Origin: Trypanosoma brucei
Lineage: Eukaryota
Assembly: GCA_000002445.1 (NCBI GenBank)
Contig: CH464491.1
Coordinates: 1,792,001-1,856,000 of the forward strand
Direction: 5' to 3'
DNA length: 64,000 bases
Shown: one piece after another, positions 19,311 to 31,354 of the stretch
How the letters are laid out: the number at the start of each line of letters is the position of its first letter
Numbering within the stretch: position 1 is the stretch's first letter
Translations under genes and position numbers: made by a program
The notes under the pieces: generated by a model
What the model was told of the DNA's origin: nothing
Seen by the model: the letters and a program-made list of their open reading frames with translations, nothing else
Databases searched by the model: none

Positions 19311-19871
19311 TCACTCTTTCTTGACCTCATCGAATGAGAACTGCCCGAGAAGGGCTTCAACCGATTCCGTTTCCTCTGGGTGTGGTCTGGTGGGCGCCTG
19401 CGGTTGTTGAGAAAAAAAATACTCCAAGGGGGGAACATTTTCCCCGAAACCGTCGGCGCACGCGGGGGGTGGGACTGACGTCGGTGCTGTTGAAGGGACT
19501 GCCGGGTTCTCGAAATCAGCAGCACCAGTTCTGTCACCAGCGTGTGGTGGCGAGTCAAGAACCGTATTGCCGACGTGCTCCGGTATGTCGTCTAAGCCCA
19601 TCTCCGCAGCTACAGACAGTAGTAGTTGTACTCGCTTTTGGTACACCTCCATTCGTTGTCTTACTTGAAAAAGAAAAAAGCGATCTTTATCATTGTCACT
19701 TTCTGGGCTAACATCTTTGCATATATTCGTGATGATCTCCATTGCGGCAATGTAATTCCTTGCGGCCACAAGTGGGTTTCCATCAGGAGTTTCCTCTGCG
19801 CGGGCACGGTAGATAAGGCCACTCGCTTCTTCGATCCGCTTTTCTAAAGTCGTCATTGTGACGAGGCACAA
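19311..19871 (-). CDS. Hypothetical protein with N-terminal MIT-like (microtubule interacting and trafficking) three-helix domain
   Basis: 186 aa. LEKRIEEASGLIYRARAEE...GNPLVAARNYIAAMEIITNI...DRFFLFQVRQRMEVYQKRVQLL follows the MIT helix pattern seen in Vps4/spastin N-termini. The C-terminal half is P/A-rich and disordered. Confidence 0.5.
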   Translation of the reverse strand: MCLVTMTTLEKRIEEASGLIYRARAEETPDGNPLVAARNYIAAMEIITNICKDVSPESDNDKDRFFLFQVRQRMEVYQKRVQLLLSVAAEMGLDDIPEHVGNTVLDSPPHAGDRTGAADFENPAVPSTAPTSVPPPACADGFGENVPPLEYFFSQQPQAPTRPHPEETESVEALLGQFSFDEVKKE

Positions 19872-20686
19872 CTATTTACTTGACAACCAGTGGCGAGAAT
19901 AAGGAAACAACGGGCAAGGCGTAAAGATTTTTATACATGAAGCTGCAAGCATAAATATTTTTTCTGTTGATTTGGCCGCATGTGCCCCTTCCCACCCTCT
20001 CTCCTCGAAGACACAGAACGCTTTGACAGGTACACAGTGAGAGACCGCAACGCAGAACACGAAGAACTAACGTGAGGGAATAAGAAAGGAAAACAAAGAC
20101 GGAATGCCCCGCCGATGATAACATTTGACAGGAAAATAGGCCACATGTGCAAGGGTGAATATGAAAAAACGCAAAGGCGGATGAAGTCACATTCATTCTT
20201 CCCCCCAACACAATTTCTCCTCTTCTCGACCGCATTATTGCATTCCTTGCAGTATGCCGCTGCCATCGCAGCGAAGATATCGCGTCCAACACAAAAATAT
20301 ATATATTTCATTATATATGTAATACATCTGGTACAAGCGGCTGCAGCACAACGGGAATACGGAAAACCGGAAGGTATCACGAAAGGCGTCAGTGGCAGGA
20401 AATAAATCACAAAAACAAACTATTTACATGACAAAAATAAAGCAAAATAAGAAAACAAGATAAAACGATGCCCTCACCACACACAAACACACAAACTTTG
20501 CCACCATACCCAAGACCACGTATCGATACACCGCTCAGGCAGTTGCACAACGGTGATGCGATACAAAAACTTTGCCGGACTCGTCTACAACAGATCGGTG
20601 AAAGCCTCAAGGCACACACACGTCCACACAAGCGGATAGTGTTAACTAATGTTTGTTTCTCCCCTCCGCGGGAGCGGGATCAGCGT

Positions 20687-21946
20687 TCATTGATGTGCGC
20701 GGTGATTCAATTTGTGGCGGTGAGGATCGGCTTTATCAACATCAATACGCTTTTCGATTATCCTCATCCGCCTCCAGGTTTGCAGATCAATATCCGAGTC
20801 CAGTGCCCTCTGTTTGTGCACATATCCGTGTGAATTACGAAGTGTACCCAACCTGTGCATGCGCTTTGTCAGCGTTCCCGCGTTTGTCGTTGCGGCACGG
20901 CGGTTGGTGGTGTCACTCTCGTCGTTCGGATCGTGGTTTCCGGCCTGTACCGCGGCGTCTGGAAGCTCGGGAAGCACCGCTTGATCGATGTAGTTGCTCT
21001 TATACATGCTCATCTTCACATGACCTTCATTCTCGAGTCGCCGGGTTACTCCACAATAGGGCTGAGCCGCTTTATCGATCGCAATGGGATTCGTTGTATC
21101 GGGCATAGGATTAGTAGCCTTGGCCGCCGCCTTCTTCCTACCGGCAAGAAGGGCTAACAGTTCAGCCTTATTCTGTATTGTCCCTATTAGATGGCCGTTC
21201 TGGGAGTTTGTAAGTCCACATGGAAGTTGAGACGGGTAAACAAGACTTTTATCCCCATACACCCATGAAGTGCAGTAGTAATCAGTCGGATGCCCCCCTG
21301 TTGTTAATTGCGGGCGGCGCGAAGCCAACAAATCTTCCTTATTTGCTGGTAGTCCCTCCAAACTTGGCTTTGGTTTCGGTGCGAGCGACTCGATGGATGT
21401 TATTTTGGGGGCCACTTCCGCCATCTTGCGCAATTCCTCCTCTGTCGGAGGGATTGCCAGTAAGTTAGGGCTGAAAGCAGTTGCCTTGGCGCCCGCGTAC
21501 AGTTGTGGTTCTCCACCGATCGACCGACCATTATAAACATAATCTGTTTTGTATGTTGTGTTCGGGGGAACTCCGTCGCCAGTTGAGCACCCCATTACAT
21601 GAGTTGAGCGCCCGTGCACAAAAGCGGTTTCCGGCTCACCTGCCCGGCAGCACGACTGCAGGATGTCACGGAAGTCTTTCCCTTCTACATCGTGTTTTAC
21701 GTAGTGGGAGCGGTAAGTTGTTCCCTCGCCACCGGTTTGAGCTCCTGCTCGAAATATGGGTCGGTTCCGAACTTCGCCGCTCACGGTGAAATTTGATTTT
21801 TTCTCTCCTTGGCCGCTCGGATCGATGTCTCGATTGTAGTCATAATCGTAACGTGTCATGTAAAGGTCTAGCATGTTCGCCTTGGGGTGAGGCGGAGGTG
21901 ACATTATCAAGTCCGATTTAGACCCACCGAACATTTTGACTCCCAA
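20687..21946 (-). CDS. Hypothetical protein with recurring (T/S)xY(K/R)xxY-type short motifs; possibly cytoskeleton/axoneme-associated
   Basis: 419-aa ORF. The likely start is an internal Met (MSPPPHPK...). Repeated motifs are TTYRSHYVKHD, TTYKTDYVYNG, TDYYCTSWVYG and SMYKSNYIDQ. No confident family assignment. Confidence 0.55.
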   Translation of the reverse strand: MGVKMFGGSKSDLIMSPPPHPKANMLDLYMTRYDYDYNRDIDPSGQGEKKSNFTVSGEVRNRPIFRAGAQTGGEGTTYRSHYVKHDVEGKDFRDILQSCCRAGEPETAFVHGRSTHVMGCSTGDGVPPNTTYKTDYVYNGRSIGGEPQLYAGAKATAFSPNLLAIPPTEEELRKMAEVAPKITSIESLAPKPKPSLEGLPANKEDLLASRRPQLTTGGHPTDYYCTSWVYGDKSLVYPSQLPCGLTNSQNGHLIGTIQNKAELLALLAGRKKAAAKATNPMPDTTNPIAIDKAAQPYCGVTRRLENEGHVKMSMYKSNYIDQAVLPELPDAAVQAGNHDPNDESDTTNRRAATTNAGTLTKRMHRLGTLRNSHGYVHKQRALDSDIDLQTWRRMRIIEKRIDVDKADPHRHKLNHRAHQ

Positions 21947-22406
21947 AATCTACAGTTTATAGTGGATATGCACCTTGAAACGGATGTACCTGCGTCACCG
22001 CTGCGTACTTACCAGCAAAAAAGAGAGCGATGGACCTAAAAGAAAATGAGGATACAACACATGAGAATAAAGGGGAAGGGGGTAACAACATGTAGACCTG
22101 GTCACGGTATGTTGGTTACCATTCTTCACAATTAACTGAAGACCAAAAAGAATAGGAACAGGTAAGGATCCACGTCTAACGCAACGGATATCAGTTTATC
22201 GTGAAGTGCTGCCCACACGCACCTGTACGACCGTCCCCGGTGGGAAAAGAATAAGCAAACGCCGTCGCTTCATATTCCCGGGCGCTCCCCTCTGGTGCAT
22301 CGAAGGTGGAGAAACCTCTCTTCCTTTTCCCGAAAAGGGGGGCTTGTGTTTTCCTCCTCGTTTCGGCGGCAGGCGCCGCCATCGTCATGCCAGTGGTACT
22401 TCATTG

Positions 22407-24077
22407 TCAGTTAGTCACTGCAGGCTCAGCAAGCATCCGAACAATCCGTTGCACAGTCCACGGTCCTACACACTGGTCACAGTAATTTCCAGAAGAGCGC
22501 GCGTTCGGTCGTGTCTCCGAAAGAAACTTACTTTGATGAACCCGCAGCAAGTCAATTGCTTCAACGAACCGCTCATGGGGGTTTGTGCCGTAATAATCGA
22601 TGAAAGCAAGCGGCTGACTGCTCTGTTGCTCCTCCGTTAGTAAATTCGACTTCCAGTACGCCACAGCCTTCAAAAACAAAGTGAAAAGAAACGGGGAGGG
22701 AAGGCCCGTATCTTTAGAAATGTTTCTGCCGATATCCTGCTGTACTTCCGTGCCAAAGCTCCTCAGCATACTTTCCACAGCTGGTACAACTCCCACTGAG
22801 GCTTCACTCAGCAACCCCCCATCACCAGACCTCTTTCCCACAACATAAGAGCTCGTCAATTGACCATCGTCTTCCCGCAGTCGCTCAGCAGCCGTCACGG
22901 CGGCTGAAGTCGGTGGGGTCGTCTCCTTCGAGTCGCAGTGTTCTGCTGCTGCCGGAAGTTGCGACCAATCAGCGACCGCATCGCCCACCACTTCCTGAAG
23001 TTCCCGTAAGAACTCCCTCCAGCCACTACTATCCGCATTTGCGACGGGCCCTGGTGGAACCGGCACCGTTCCCACGTCTGTTGAGCCTTGTTGCTCTCGC
23101 CGCCTCAACTCCCGCAGTCCATATACTTCACGAAGTGATCGCCCGCAATTACAGCCGACAAGCGGTGCTACGAAGCTGACGATTGGGTCACCCTCGGGAA
23201 TATTAACGGGAAACTTTCTTACCCACGGTAGCCCCCACGCTACGCCCACGAATTGGACAAAAGCAGACCACGCAGACAAATAATATAACCGATCAGATGC
23301 CACGGCAAACACGGTGGCAAGCCACATGTGCTCGAACGCTGGTCGCACCATAAATCCGCCGAGGTGCGGTAACTCCCAAGACTGCACATCATCACAAGTA
23401 GGTTCCAATAGTTGATTGTCTCCCCACGAATAGTACTCTCTGAGTTCAGAAAGCGAGAGTTGCAGAAGCGGCGTACTTTGGTAGTAAGAAGGTTTTTTTG
23501 TCATACACGGGCTCGGAACAGGAAGGAGGAAAACCTCACCCTGTTCGCTGTAACCAAGTACCACAGCAGTGCGGCAAGCCTCAGCGTAGGGGGTATGTTC
23601 CTTATCCGCTAAATGAAGTTGAAAGAGGAGCCCACCAGTGAGCGCCGGATCTCGTATTGAAAGCAAAGTACCGTGAACAGGAAAGGAGACAGACGTCATG
23701 TCTTGGCCGTCGTGCGTACCGACGCCCGCCACCGCATCATCTTCCCGGCACCCTTGCAAGTTGCTTCGGCCAATACGTGGAGAAGACGTGCAGCCGCTGA
23801 AATTACTTTCGTAAGGACTTCCGCCACGGTAGCTACAGGAGCTGGCGCTGCTCACATAACTTTCACTGCACTCAGATTCCACAAAATCACTCTCCGCACT
23901 GCTACCATCGTTGCCGTTTACACCATCAACACATATCTTAACCTTCTCGCCCTTCCATATTGGCTGCAGGCAGTGGGTAACACTTGTATTATCGCCTAAC
24001 AAAACAGTAGATTTGTCCGCGCCGTATCCGGCAAACTTCAATTCATGTCGAAGTTGCATAAACTCCACCTTTGTCAC
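22407..24077 (-). CDS. Hypothetical protein (556 aa), no recognisable domain
   Basis: Long ORF in the same orientation as its neighbours, with non-repetitive coding-like composition. The central region is hydrophobic and Trp-rich (WLATVFAVASDRLYYLSAWSAFVQFVGVAWGLPWVRKF). Confidence 0.6.
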   Translation of the reverse strand: MTKVEFMQLRHELKFAGYGADKSTVLLGDNTSVTHCLQPIWKGEKVKICVDGVNGNDGSSAESDFVESECSESYVSSASSCSYRGGSPYESNFSGCTSSPRIGRSNLQGCREDDAVAGVGTHDGQDMTSVSFPVHGTLLSIRDPALTGGLLFQLHLADKEHTPYAEACRTAVVLGYSEQGEVFLLPVPSPCMTKKPSYYQSTPLLQLSLSELREYYSWGDNQLLEPTCDDVQSWELPHLGGFMVRPAFEHMWLATVFAVASDRLYYLSAWSAFVQFVGVAWGLPWVRKFPVNIPEGDPIVSFVAPLVGCNCGRSLREVYGLRELRRREQQGSTDVGTVPVPPGPVANADSSGWREFLRELQEVVGDAVADWSQLPAAAEHCDSKETTPPTSAAVTAAERLREDDGQLTSSYVVGKRSGDGGLLSEASVGVVPAVESMLRSFGTEVQQDIGRNISKDTGLPSPFLFTLFLKAVAYWKSNLLTEEQQSSQPLAFIDYYGTNPHERFVEAIDLLRVHQSKFLSETRPNARSSGNYCDQCVGPWTVQRIVRMLAEPAVTN

Positions 24078-25354
24078 TATCCTGTGAAATCAGGTGCACA
24101 GACCGAAAAAAGAGAGGATACGAAAAAAAAAAAAAAGTAAAAGTAAGAGCGGTAAACGAAACTGCTACACCTCAGCAACACGGAGGGAGTGTCAGTAGGA
24201 ACGTACGCCTCTGCCATTCCCAGTTGCGTAAAAGCGCTCAGAGGGTTAATAACCACACCTCACTCGGAGCCCGTTGAAGACATGGACGGCAGCACATCGG
24301 TACCGTGCGCATGCCGTTTAATTAATCAAGCACCATTTCACCTCCGAATGCCCCCAACGCGCATTACGGTGCGTCTCAGCTACACACACAGACACACACA
24401 CACTCATTCCGCAAATACATGTCTACAGACGTGAATGTATTCATATGCGCACTAAACATCAAGCAGGTCAGACACAAATGTGAGCGCATTTATACATTTC
24501 TCGAAAAAGCGGGAGGCACACCCTCCAACCCCTACATCATGTAAATGCTCAATGCCACATGCGTTTCTAGTAAGCTAAACACAAGTCAGGTAAGGTAAAA
24601 GGGAGCAGCAAAAGACAAAGGGGGCTAATCAACAACAAGGAATACGGCATAATAGCGTGAACCAAGAGCAATTGTTTGAGATAGCAGATGTAGTAAAGAC
24701 AACGCTGGCAGTTCCTTTCAGAAAAAGGTCACGCCCTTCCCTGTTAATATTAGTCACTCCCCGCAAATTTCTTCCCCTCCCATCCCCTCATAACGGGCAA
24801 TTTTCGCAACAGAAACCACGAGGAGAGTGACCATCGGACGCAAAAAAAAACAGAGAGAAAGGAGCGCAACAAAGAATACAGGAAAACTAAACAACAACAC
24901 AAATGGTACAATGTTACATTACAACACCCGCTGCAGAATTTTTGTGAACGGAAACTCATAGCAGGGTAAGGCCAGCGGAAAGACACACCCACGACTGCAC
25001 TACCCGGTATTAGCGTGTGGAAAACAGTCGACCAGCAACCATATACAAGAAATCAGTGCGACGTCGGGAAAAGTAGAAGAGTAATAATGAGAGTAAAAGG
25101 AGGAAAGGAAAAAACCGACAGTCGAAAAATAGAAATCAATAAAATAAAAGTGAGGCGCAAGGAATCTCAGCTGTTTCAAACTGGAAAGGACATAAACTAC
25201 GGTCAAACTCTGTTGCTCTCCCTAACCTCATCGAAAGAAGAAAAATGTGATTAAAAAAACAAACATTTCTGTGTATCCCCCCTCTGTTTGCATCTGGGAC
25301 GAGATGCCAACACCAGAAGATAGTCCTCTTCGTATAACTCTCTCCATCTATGCA

Positions 25355-26947
25355 TTAGCCGTTCTCACTGCTCACGGTTTGTCCTGGAGCTCCCGACGAT
25401 GGTGTCGTCAATGATGCGCGCATTAATGCTGACGGTGCAATTCCCAACTTCACATTCTGTGGAGAAACCATGGATGACGCCACGCTATCACTATTTTCGG
25501 TGATGCTGCTACTGCCACCCCTAACACCACATTCGCTGGCTCCACTCTCACTCATCTGAACACCCTCCACAACACCCTTTCGTAGGAACTCCCTTGCTTT
25601 TCGCAACAACTCCTTCTTGTCCATACCCTCCCAATCCCGCAGCGGCTTCGACAATGGGCTGTATTCCAACACGGGGAAAGAGAGCCCACCCAAGTGCGAA
25701 GCGTATATGCTCTTTCTACGGGGTTGTCTATGACTAATAACGACACGGTGGAATAGGTCGAGGCCTTTATGGCGGCTGTCTCGCCCGTATCGTGCGCTAT
25801 TATGTGTTTCCCGCGGTGGAAGGCTACCATGAACCTCCACAACACCGGTACGTGGTGGCGGTCCCTTAAGGGCACCACAGGCACCTGATGTTGATATTAA
25901 CTCACTCCCTTTTGGCAGAACAAGGGCTCCCTCCTCCTCCTCACGCGCCATGTCAATAAGATAGGATTTTAGGTCGAGTATGTGCTTGTCATCCACCTCC
26001 GAAGGGTATAAAGCATGTTCAAAATGCGCAGCCCGCAAAAGAGCTAAGCGAGCCGGCTCCCTCTTCTTCTTCTTTGGAATTAGGTCCCCCGAATCTCTCC
26101 GCAGCGCCGTGCATAAGGGCGCCTGTGCTGTTAACGGCGCGGCAGCTAGCATCTTGGCTCCACATTTGATATCCTCATAGGCGTTTTGCAATTCTTTCTG
26201 TGCGATACTACTCAACCTCTGCTGCTGCTCACTGTTGTAAAACGTTGCTCGATCGTATACTCGCTGCATCACATGTTCTTCAACATACTTCTTGAGCGAC
26301 TCCACATGAGTGGTATCCAACACAGCGAAGTCGGCGAGAGGAGACTTGTTGCAGTAGTCTCTCTGGATGGCAAGTAGGATGTTTTTTGGATGTTTAAAGC
26401 GACTCATAGCAGAGGCAGAGTACTGGTTAAAGACGTGTTGGTCAAGGTTGGGGTCAGGTGCCCACACATAACCCTCACAGGCCCCAATGTAACGTGTGTT
26501 ATGGCGTAGTTGATAAGCGCATTCGAGACTGGCCATAAAACACGAATCAAAGACCATCGCCTCAAATTTTCGCTTGCCGAGAATGGAGGCGAGCTCATGG
26601 CATTGCAACGCCAGTTTGTTCTCCTCTAATTCCAGGTAATCTCCCATCCCATGACCACCGTACACAAAATAACTCCGACCGGGGTCGTGGCAACGCTGTA
26701 GAAAGTCTTCAAGCATGTCCTGACGATAGCCAACAACATTTTCGTAGTTCTTCAATGTGTAGTCGCTCCCAGTGATACTTGCTTCAAAGCTCCCACCACT
26801 GGAGTTAAAGGCAAGCATGCAAAGATCGGTAACGCCCTTTACCTTCCTCATTTGCTGAAACTTCCAGAATGGCCACCCCGACACATTTTTAATGCAACTG
26901 CAGACCACGATGAGGCGGTTATTTGGTCGTGGGGCTCGGGACAACAT
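25355..26947 (-). CDS. PNT1: Clostripain-like C11 cysteine peptidase; matches T. brucei PNT1 (kinetoplast-maintenance peptidase)
   Basis: 530 aa. The caspase-fold catalytic dyad lies in FVYGGH(99)GMGDY and MVFDSC(136)FMAS. His99 and Cys136 are the residue numbers reported as the PNT1 active site. The C-terminal half is a low-complexity extension. Confidence 0.8.
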   Translation of the reverse strand: MLSRAPRPNNRLIVVCSCIKNVSGWPFWKFQQMRKVKGVTDLCMLAFNSSGGSFEASITGSDYTLKNYENVVGYRQDMLEDFLQRCHDPGRSYFVYGGHGMGDYLELEENKLALQCHELASILGKRKFEAMVFDSCFMASLECAYQLRHNTRYIGACEGYVWAPDPNLDQHVFNQYSASAMSRFKHPKNILLAIQRDYCNKSPLADFAVLDTTHVESLKKYVEEHVMQRVYDRATFYNSEQQQRLSSIAQKELQNAYEDIKCGAKMLAAAPLTAQAPLCTALRRDSGDLIPKKKKREPARLALLRAAHFEHALYPSEVDDKHILDLKSYLIDMAREEEEGALVLPKGSELISTSGACGALKGPPPRTGVVEVHGSLPPRETHNSARYGRDSRHKGLDLFHRVVISHRQPRRKSIYASHLGGLSFPVLEYSPLSKPLRDWEGMDKKELLRKAREFLRKGVVEGVQMSESGASECGVRGGSSSITENSDSVASSMVSPQNVKLGIAPSALMRASLTTPSSGAPGQTVSSENG

Positions 26948-27258
26948 TACGTTACTGCTGGCCGTAACTGTGTTTACTTATTGCACTCTCTATTATTAAC
27001 TTTCTCTCCCTTACGCCTACTTGACTACTCCACTTCGCCTCCTTTTCCCTCCCTCTCCGGTTCTCGCACAGTAGCAACAGTAGAATCTCTCTATACGCAA
27101 CACGCTAAGTTATTAATCTCCTTTACCTCCCGCTTACCTTTTCCTTTTATTTCTTTTCTTTCGCTATCACACTCGTCTCCCTCACTTAACCCCCCCCCCT
27201 TTTCTTAAAAAGGAAATAAATTTAGCCTCCCTGCCAGCTATATGTATACGTATGTCTG

Positions 27259-27298
27259 TATATATATATATATACGTGTGTGTGTGTGTGTGTGTGTG
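27259..27298. repeat. Compound microsatellite (TA)8 followed by (GT)11
   Basis: Direct read: tatatatatatatatac gtgtgtgtgtgtgtgtgtgtgtg. Confidence 0.95.
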
Positions 27299-28177
27299 GA
27301 CGGTCGGTCAAAGGTAAGTCGGCCTTCGTAAAAGGGTAAAAGCAGGTTGCTGCTGCTATTAACCACACTGGGCGAGCTTGCGCCTGCACGACCTCAACGA
27401 GGGATACGCTTTCTCACAGAGATATGTTTCTTCCTTTGTCCCTGTTTCGTTTTGATCGTCGCTAGTGCGAAGGATAGTGCACGCCGTGCTGATATTTCCG
27501 TAAAGTGTGTCTTTCGCCGCTCCGCTCTAAAAAAAGCGATCGCGTTCGCGTGTGGCAAAGTTTCGGGATAAGATATTAGTGGCCGCTCCGAGTCTGCGAC
27601 AATGCTGTAATTTGGCCACCCCTCCTTCTTCAGTCCCCGTCTTCTTCAACCTAAGGAACAAACATAGAAGTGGGAAGACAGCAAAAAAAGGATGGATTAG
27701 CGAAACACAAAAACAAGGAAAAACAGTGCAAAGTAAAGGAGAGCGAAAGAGGAATCTCTTTCATTCCAACTAGCGTTGAGTTAAGCACGGCACCAGAGGA
27801 ATGTACAGTAGTCACGCTTTGATTTTATCCTTCTCCACAACGCTTATACAAATAATTCAGTGGGGCACAAAGCATCATCCCAAAGAAGTGAATACCTGTA
27901 GAATGAACGCTACAAAGGGCGTATTACAGGAAAATGGGGGAAAAAATGAAAGGTGAAGCAACAAAAATCGCTTTGAACAGAACGGAACCCTCTCGCCCCG
28001 CCCTCCTCCTAGTCTTTAGGGCGCCCAGTCCATTCATCTAAGTGACATCTAATGTGACAGTTCATGCCATTCTAGTACATGACCCAAACAACTTACATGC
28101 ATAAGCTGCTAATAACCGTTAATGGTGCGAACGCTCCCACCCCTTTTCTTTGATGTTCCGCACACGAGATGATAGAA

Positions 28178-29392
28178 CTAACTGGAGAACCACATTCGTC
28201 TCTGCATTGCCCTAAGCTCCTGTCGCATAAGGTTCACTTCGCTATTGACACCCTCCACCTCCAGTCGTCGCCACTTCTCTAACTCTCTCAACCGCTTTTT
28301 GTCCTTTGTTCGTTCCTCCCGCAGCCGCGTCAACTCCGCCCCGCGTTGAACGAGAAGAGCACCATACCGCTCGCGTTCAGTAATTAGTAATGCCCTCCGC
28401 TCCTGAAGCTGCCGACGCAGGCGCTCGGTGACCACCTTAGCATTTTCATCTGCAATCTGTCGTTGTCTCTGCAGGTCGACGGTGTGTTTCTGCCTCTCTT
28501 CCTTGAGAGTTGCTAGTGCATCGCTAAGGGCTACCTGGAGCCGTTCAACGGTGCCGCGCAACTCCCGGTTCTCAATACGCATGTCGTGCCGTGTCTGGAT
28601 GAGATCCGCCAGGCTCGCCTGATGTAAACCGTGCAGCCGTTCAATTGAGGCGAGGTGAGTACCCGTCATCTCCGTCCGCCGACGTTCCAGTTCTCGCTCC
28701 TCCTGCAGTCGGCTCGCTCGCTCGGTCTCGTGCATGGCTCGCTGCGCGTCCAGCAATGACTTCAGCATCTCAACCTCCTCTCTGAGAGCAGCCACGAGGG
28801 CAGATGACGGGGAAGAAAGTTCGTTTGCTGAGTTGCTGGTGTACGGGTCCTCATCGCCTGTGGTATCATGCTGCTGGGTGGCACACGCTTGCCGCAAGCT
28901 AATGGTTTGCTGTCCGCTGCGACGTTTTGACGTAGTTCGCCTGGTCGGTGAGGTGGAGGCAGTGGGATTTGGAAGCTTCTGAGCTCCCGATCTCGCTGCA
29001 GCGGTTTGCTTCATGAGTGCAGCAATCGTCGCACGATCGTCCCCCGCCTGCGCGTGAAGCGCGACGTTTTCATACATTAGGCGATTCGCCCGTTCCCTCT
29101 CTTCCTGTAGCATTGAGCGCGTTTCCGAAAGTTCTCTCTGAACCTTCCCTAATTCCTCAACTCTCTGAGCAGCCTCACATCGTAAGCGCTGCGCCTCGGC
29201 CTGCTCGGGCTTCAGGCAACTGTCGATTCGCTCAATCAACGCCAACTTCTCCGCATCATGCTGCTTAATTGTGTGCCTTAGCATTCGGACATAATCTTCA
29301 GTAATCGCAACCGCCTCAGTGAGTGTCTGTGAAGTTGCCGCTGTGACAGGGCCACCGCTGCTGCCACTGTCCTGCCTAACTGCAGTGGGCAT
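28178..29392 (-). CDS. Coiled-coil protein (hypothetical)
   Basis: 404 aa. E/R/L/Q-rich heptad-like sequence runs throughout (LQEERERANRLMYENVALHAQ...; RLQEERELERRRTEM...). No catalytic motif. Confidence 0.65.
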   Translation of the reverse strand: MPTAVRQDSGSSGGPVTAATSQTLTEAVAITEDYVRMLRHTIKQHDAEKLALIERIDSCLKPEQAEAQRLRCEAAQRVEELGKVQRELSETRSMLQEERERANRLMYENVALHAQAGDDRATIAALMKQTAAARSGAQKLPNPTASTSPTRRTTSKRRSGQQTISLRQACATQQHDTTGDEDPYTSNSANELSSPSSALVAALREEVEMLKSLLDAQRAMHETERASRLQEERELERRRTEMTGTHLASIERLHGLHQASLADLIQTRHDMRIENRELRGTVERLQVALSDALATLKEERQKHTVDLQRQRQIADENAKVVTERLRRQLQERRALLITERERYGALLVQRGAELTRLREERTKDKKRLRELEKWRRLEVEGVNSEVNLMRQELRAMQRRMWFSS

Positions 29393-31354
29393 CAGAAGGG
29401 ACTACAGCCGGAATGGACGGAGTGGAGCAGAAAGTTGGAAGCCTAAAGACGCACTCAGTGCTGTCAACGATTAAAATAGACACCCACCATTGCAGAGGGG
29501 AAATAACGAAAAAAAATACGAAAAGAAAAAAGCAACTAAAATAACTCCAAGCGACAAATCAGCCGTTTATACCTAATGGCTGACGGTCGCGCACCGCATC
29601 TCAACCAACATACCACCTCCAGTATAAAAATAACCCAAGGTAACGGAAAAGCAACAGAAACTGCCATGCCGCTGTTCGATTCTCAATGTATACCAAAGAA
29701 GGGGGAAAAAACGTCACACGCGAAATGTCGTTATGTAAGATGGCATGGAAACGAGATTAAGAAATAAACTGCCGCACATCACGGATCAAATATGTCACCT
29801 TAATCGTTACGTGCAAATGCGGTCCTTCCTAACCCTCACCGCCCACCAGCGATCGGCGCGCCCGCCCCACAGTTAATGCAACTCTTTAGGGAACAAACCG
29901 CTTTCACGTGGGGAGGCGGCGTCATGTGACCCCCGTATTTCACACTCTCGACATTAGAGTGCGATATAATTCAACATTTTTACTGCTCATAGAAAACAGC
30001 TCCCCCGCAATCGGTACGAGTTATCCGATATTTAAATCTCTGACATTTTCGTAGATACGGCAGACTACATGGTATGCTCAACTGAAGCATCTGACCTCCA
30101 ATACTGTTTCCTAAAGAGTAAAACTAAAAATGCGGGAGAGTAGAGAATAAGACTGGGAAAAGTTGAGCGCGATATGGCACACCAAGGAAAACGCAGACCC
30201 ATACAGGTACTCTCACACATATCTCCACAACGGAAATAACAAAATGGAGTAAGCGTAACAACACGGCAGTCGAGAATCGAACAACGGTGCTGACAGATTA
30301 ACAATGAGGACGGAAATGAAGGTAGTTGTGAAGACACATGGTCGCGCATCGAACAAATGAGTGAATAGAGTAAACGGCTGACCGGCGCTCGTCACAGATA
30401 TACAAAACTACCTGTGGTTCCCCTACTATAGGAGGGAATTTTAAAAAGAAAAAGAATGGGAGACTAGGGACAAATGTACAACAACGGAAAATCTCGTCTC
30501 ACTTTGGGGTGGTGAGTGTTAGACTCGCATCATAATGTCTCGATGAGGTGGAGCTAGTAACAGGAAAAAAGACAGAAGAGGTTATACGAAGAAATCATGC
30601 ACATACATATATTTATTTACTTGAACAGATAAGTAAAGGGGAAATGGAGAAGTTATGCCTCTTTGCGTCAAATTACAACACCAGGAGCGTCGGCCAATCT
30701 CGTTATTTCCCACAACCAAACGACTCAGGAGCACCAAACAAAGTAGTAAGGGGAGAGTTCAGAAAAATAAAAAGGAAAGGAAAAATATTAATAACAAGCC
30801 TCCACCGTTATGGATTTATTTCATAATATATCCCCAAGGGGCGAAGGAAAAAAAACGCTACCACACAAACCCTTCGGCACATTCATCAATAATATTCGCG
30901 ATAATAAAACTAGAAAGAAATAAAGATATGAACTTACAATAGTGAAGGGAAAACAAAGTACGATAGAAAGTATTGAATAAGCTTGGCTTTTGAAAGACAT
31001 CCCCATTTCACCACCCTCAAGAAGGAGGGATAATGAGACTATGAGCTCAACATTATCGATACCCTTTCTTCCTCGACTGTAATATGCAGAGCAGTCCTGG
31101 TGGCCCCTAGCCGAATAAAGCAATATGGCGATTCTAAAGCACCGTCAGAGTAATTCCTCTTCATATTGTTGTTGTCACTTCCACATCATAGTGCTGCGCA
31201 CGCCCTCACATCCGTTACAAAACACACACACACATTTTGTCGCGGCACAGGGTCCACTCACTCCATCCATAAACATTCTTTGCGTTGCAAGTTGATTTTA
31301 TGCTCATCCCTGCTAACAGTGTTAATATTCCTTCGAGAGATAGCCAAAACATCA

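Noticed and set aside
19876-20410. Minus-strand ORFs of 138-159 aa between the MIT-like gene and the 419-aa gene
   Set aside because: They overlap each other in different frames within an intergenic spacer and have Cys/Phe-rich junk translations. They are probably UTR sequence.
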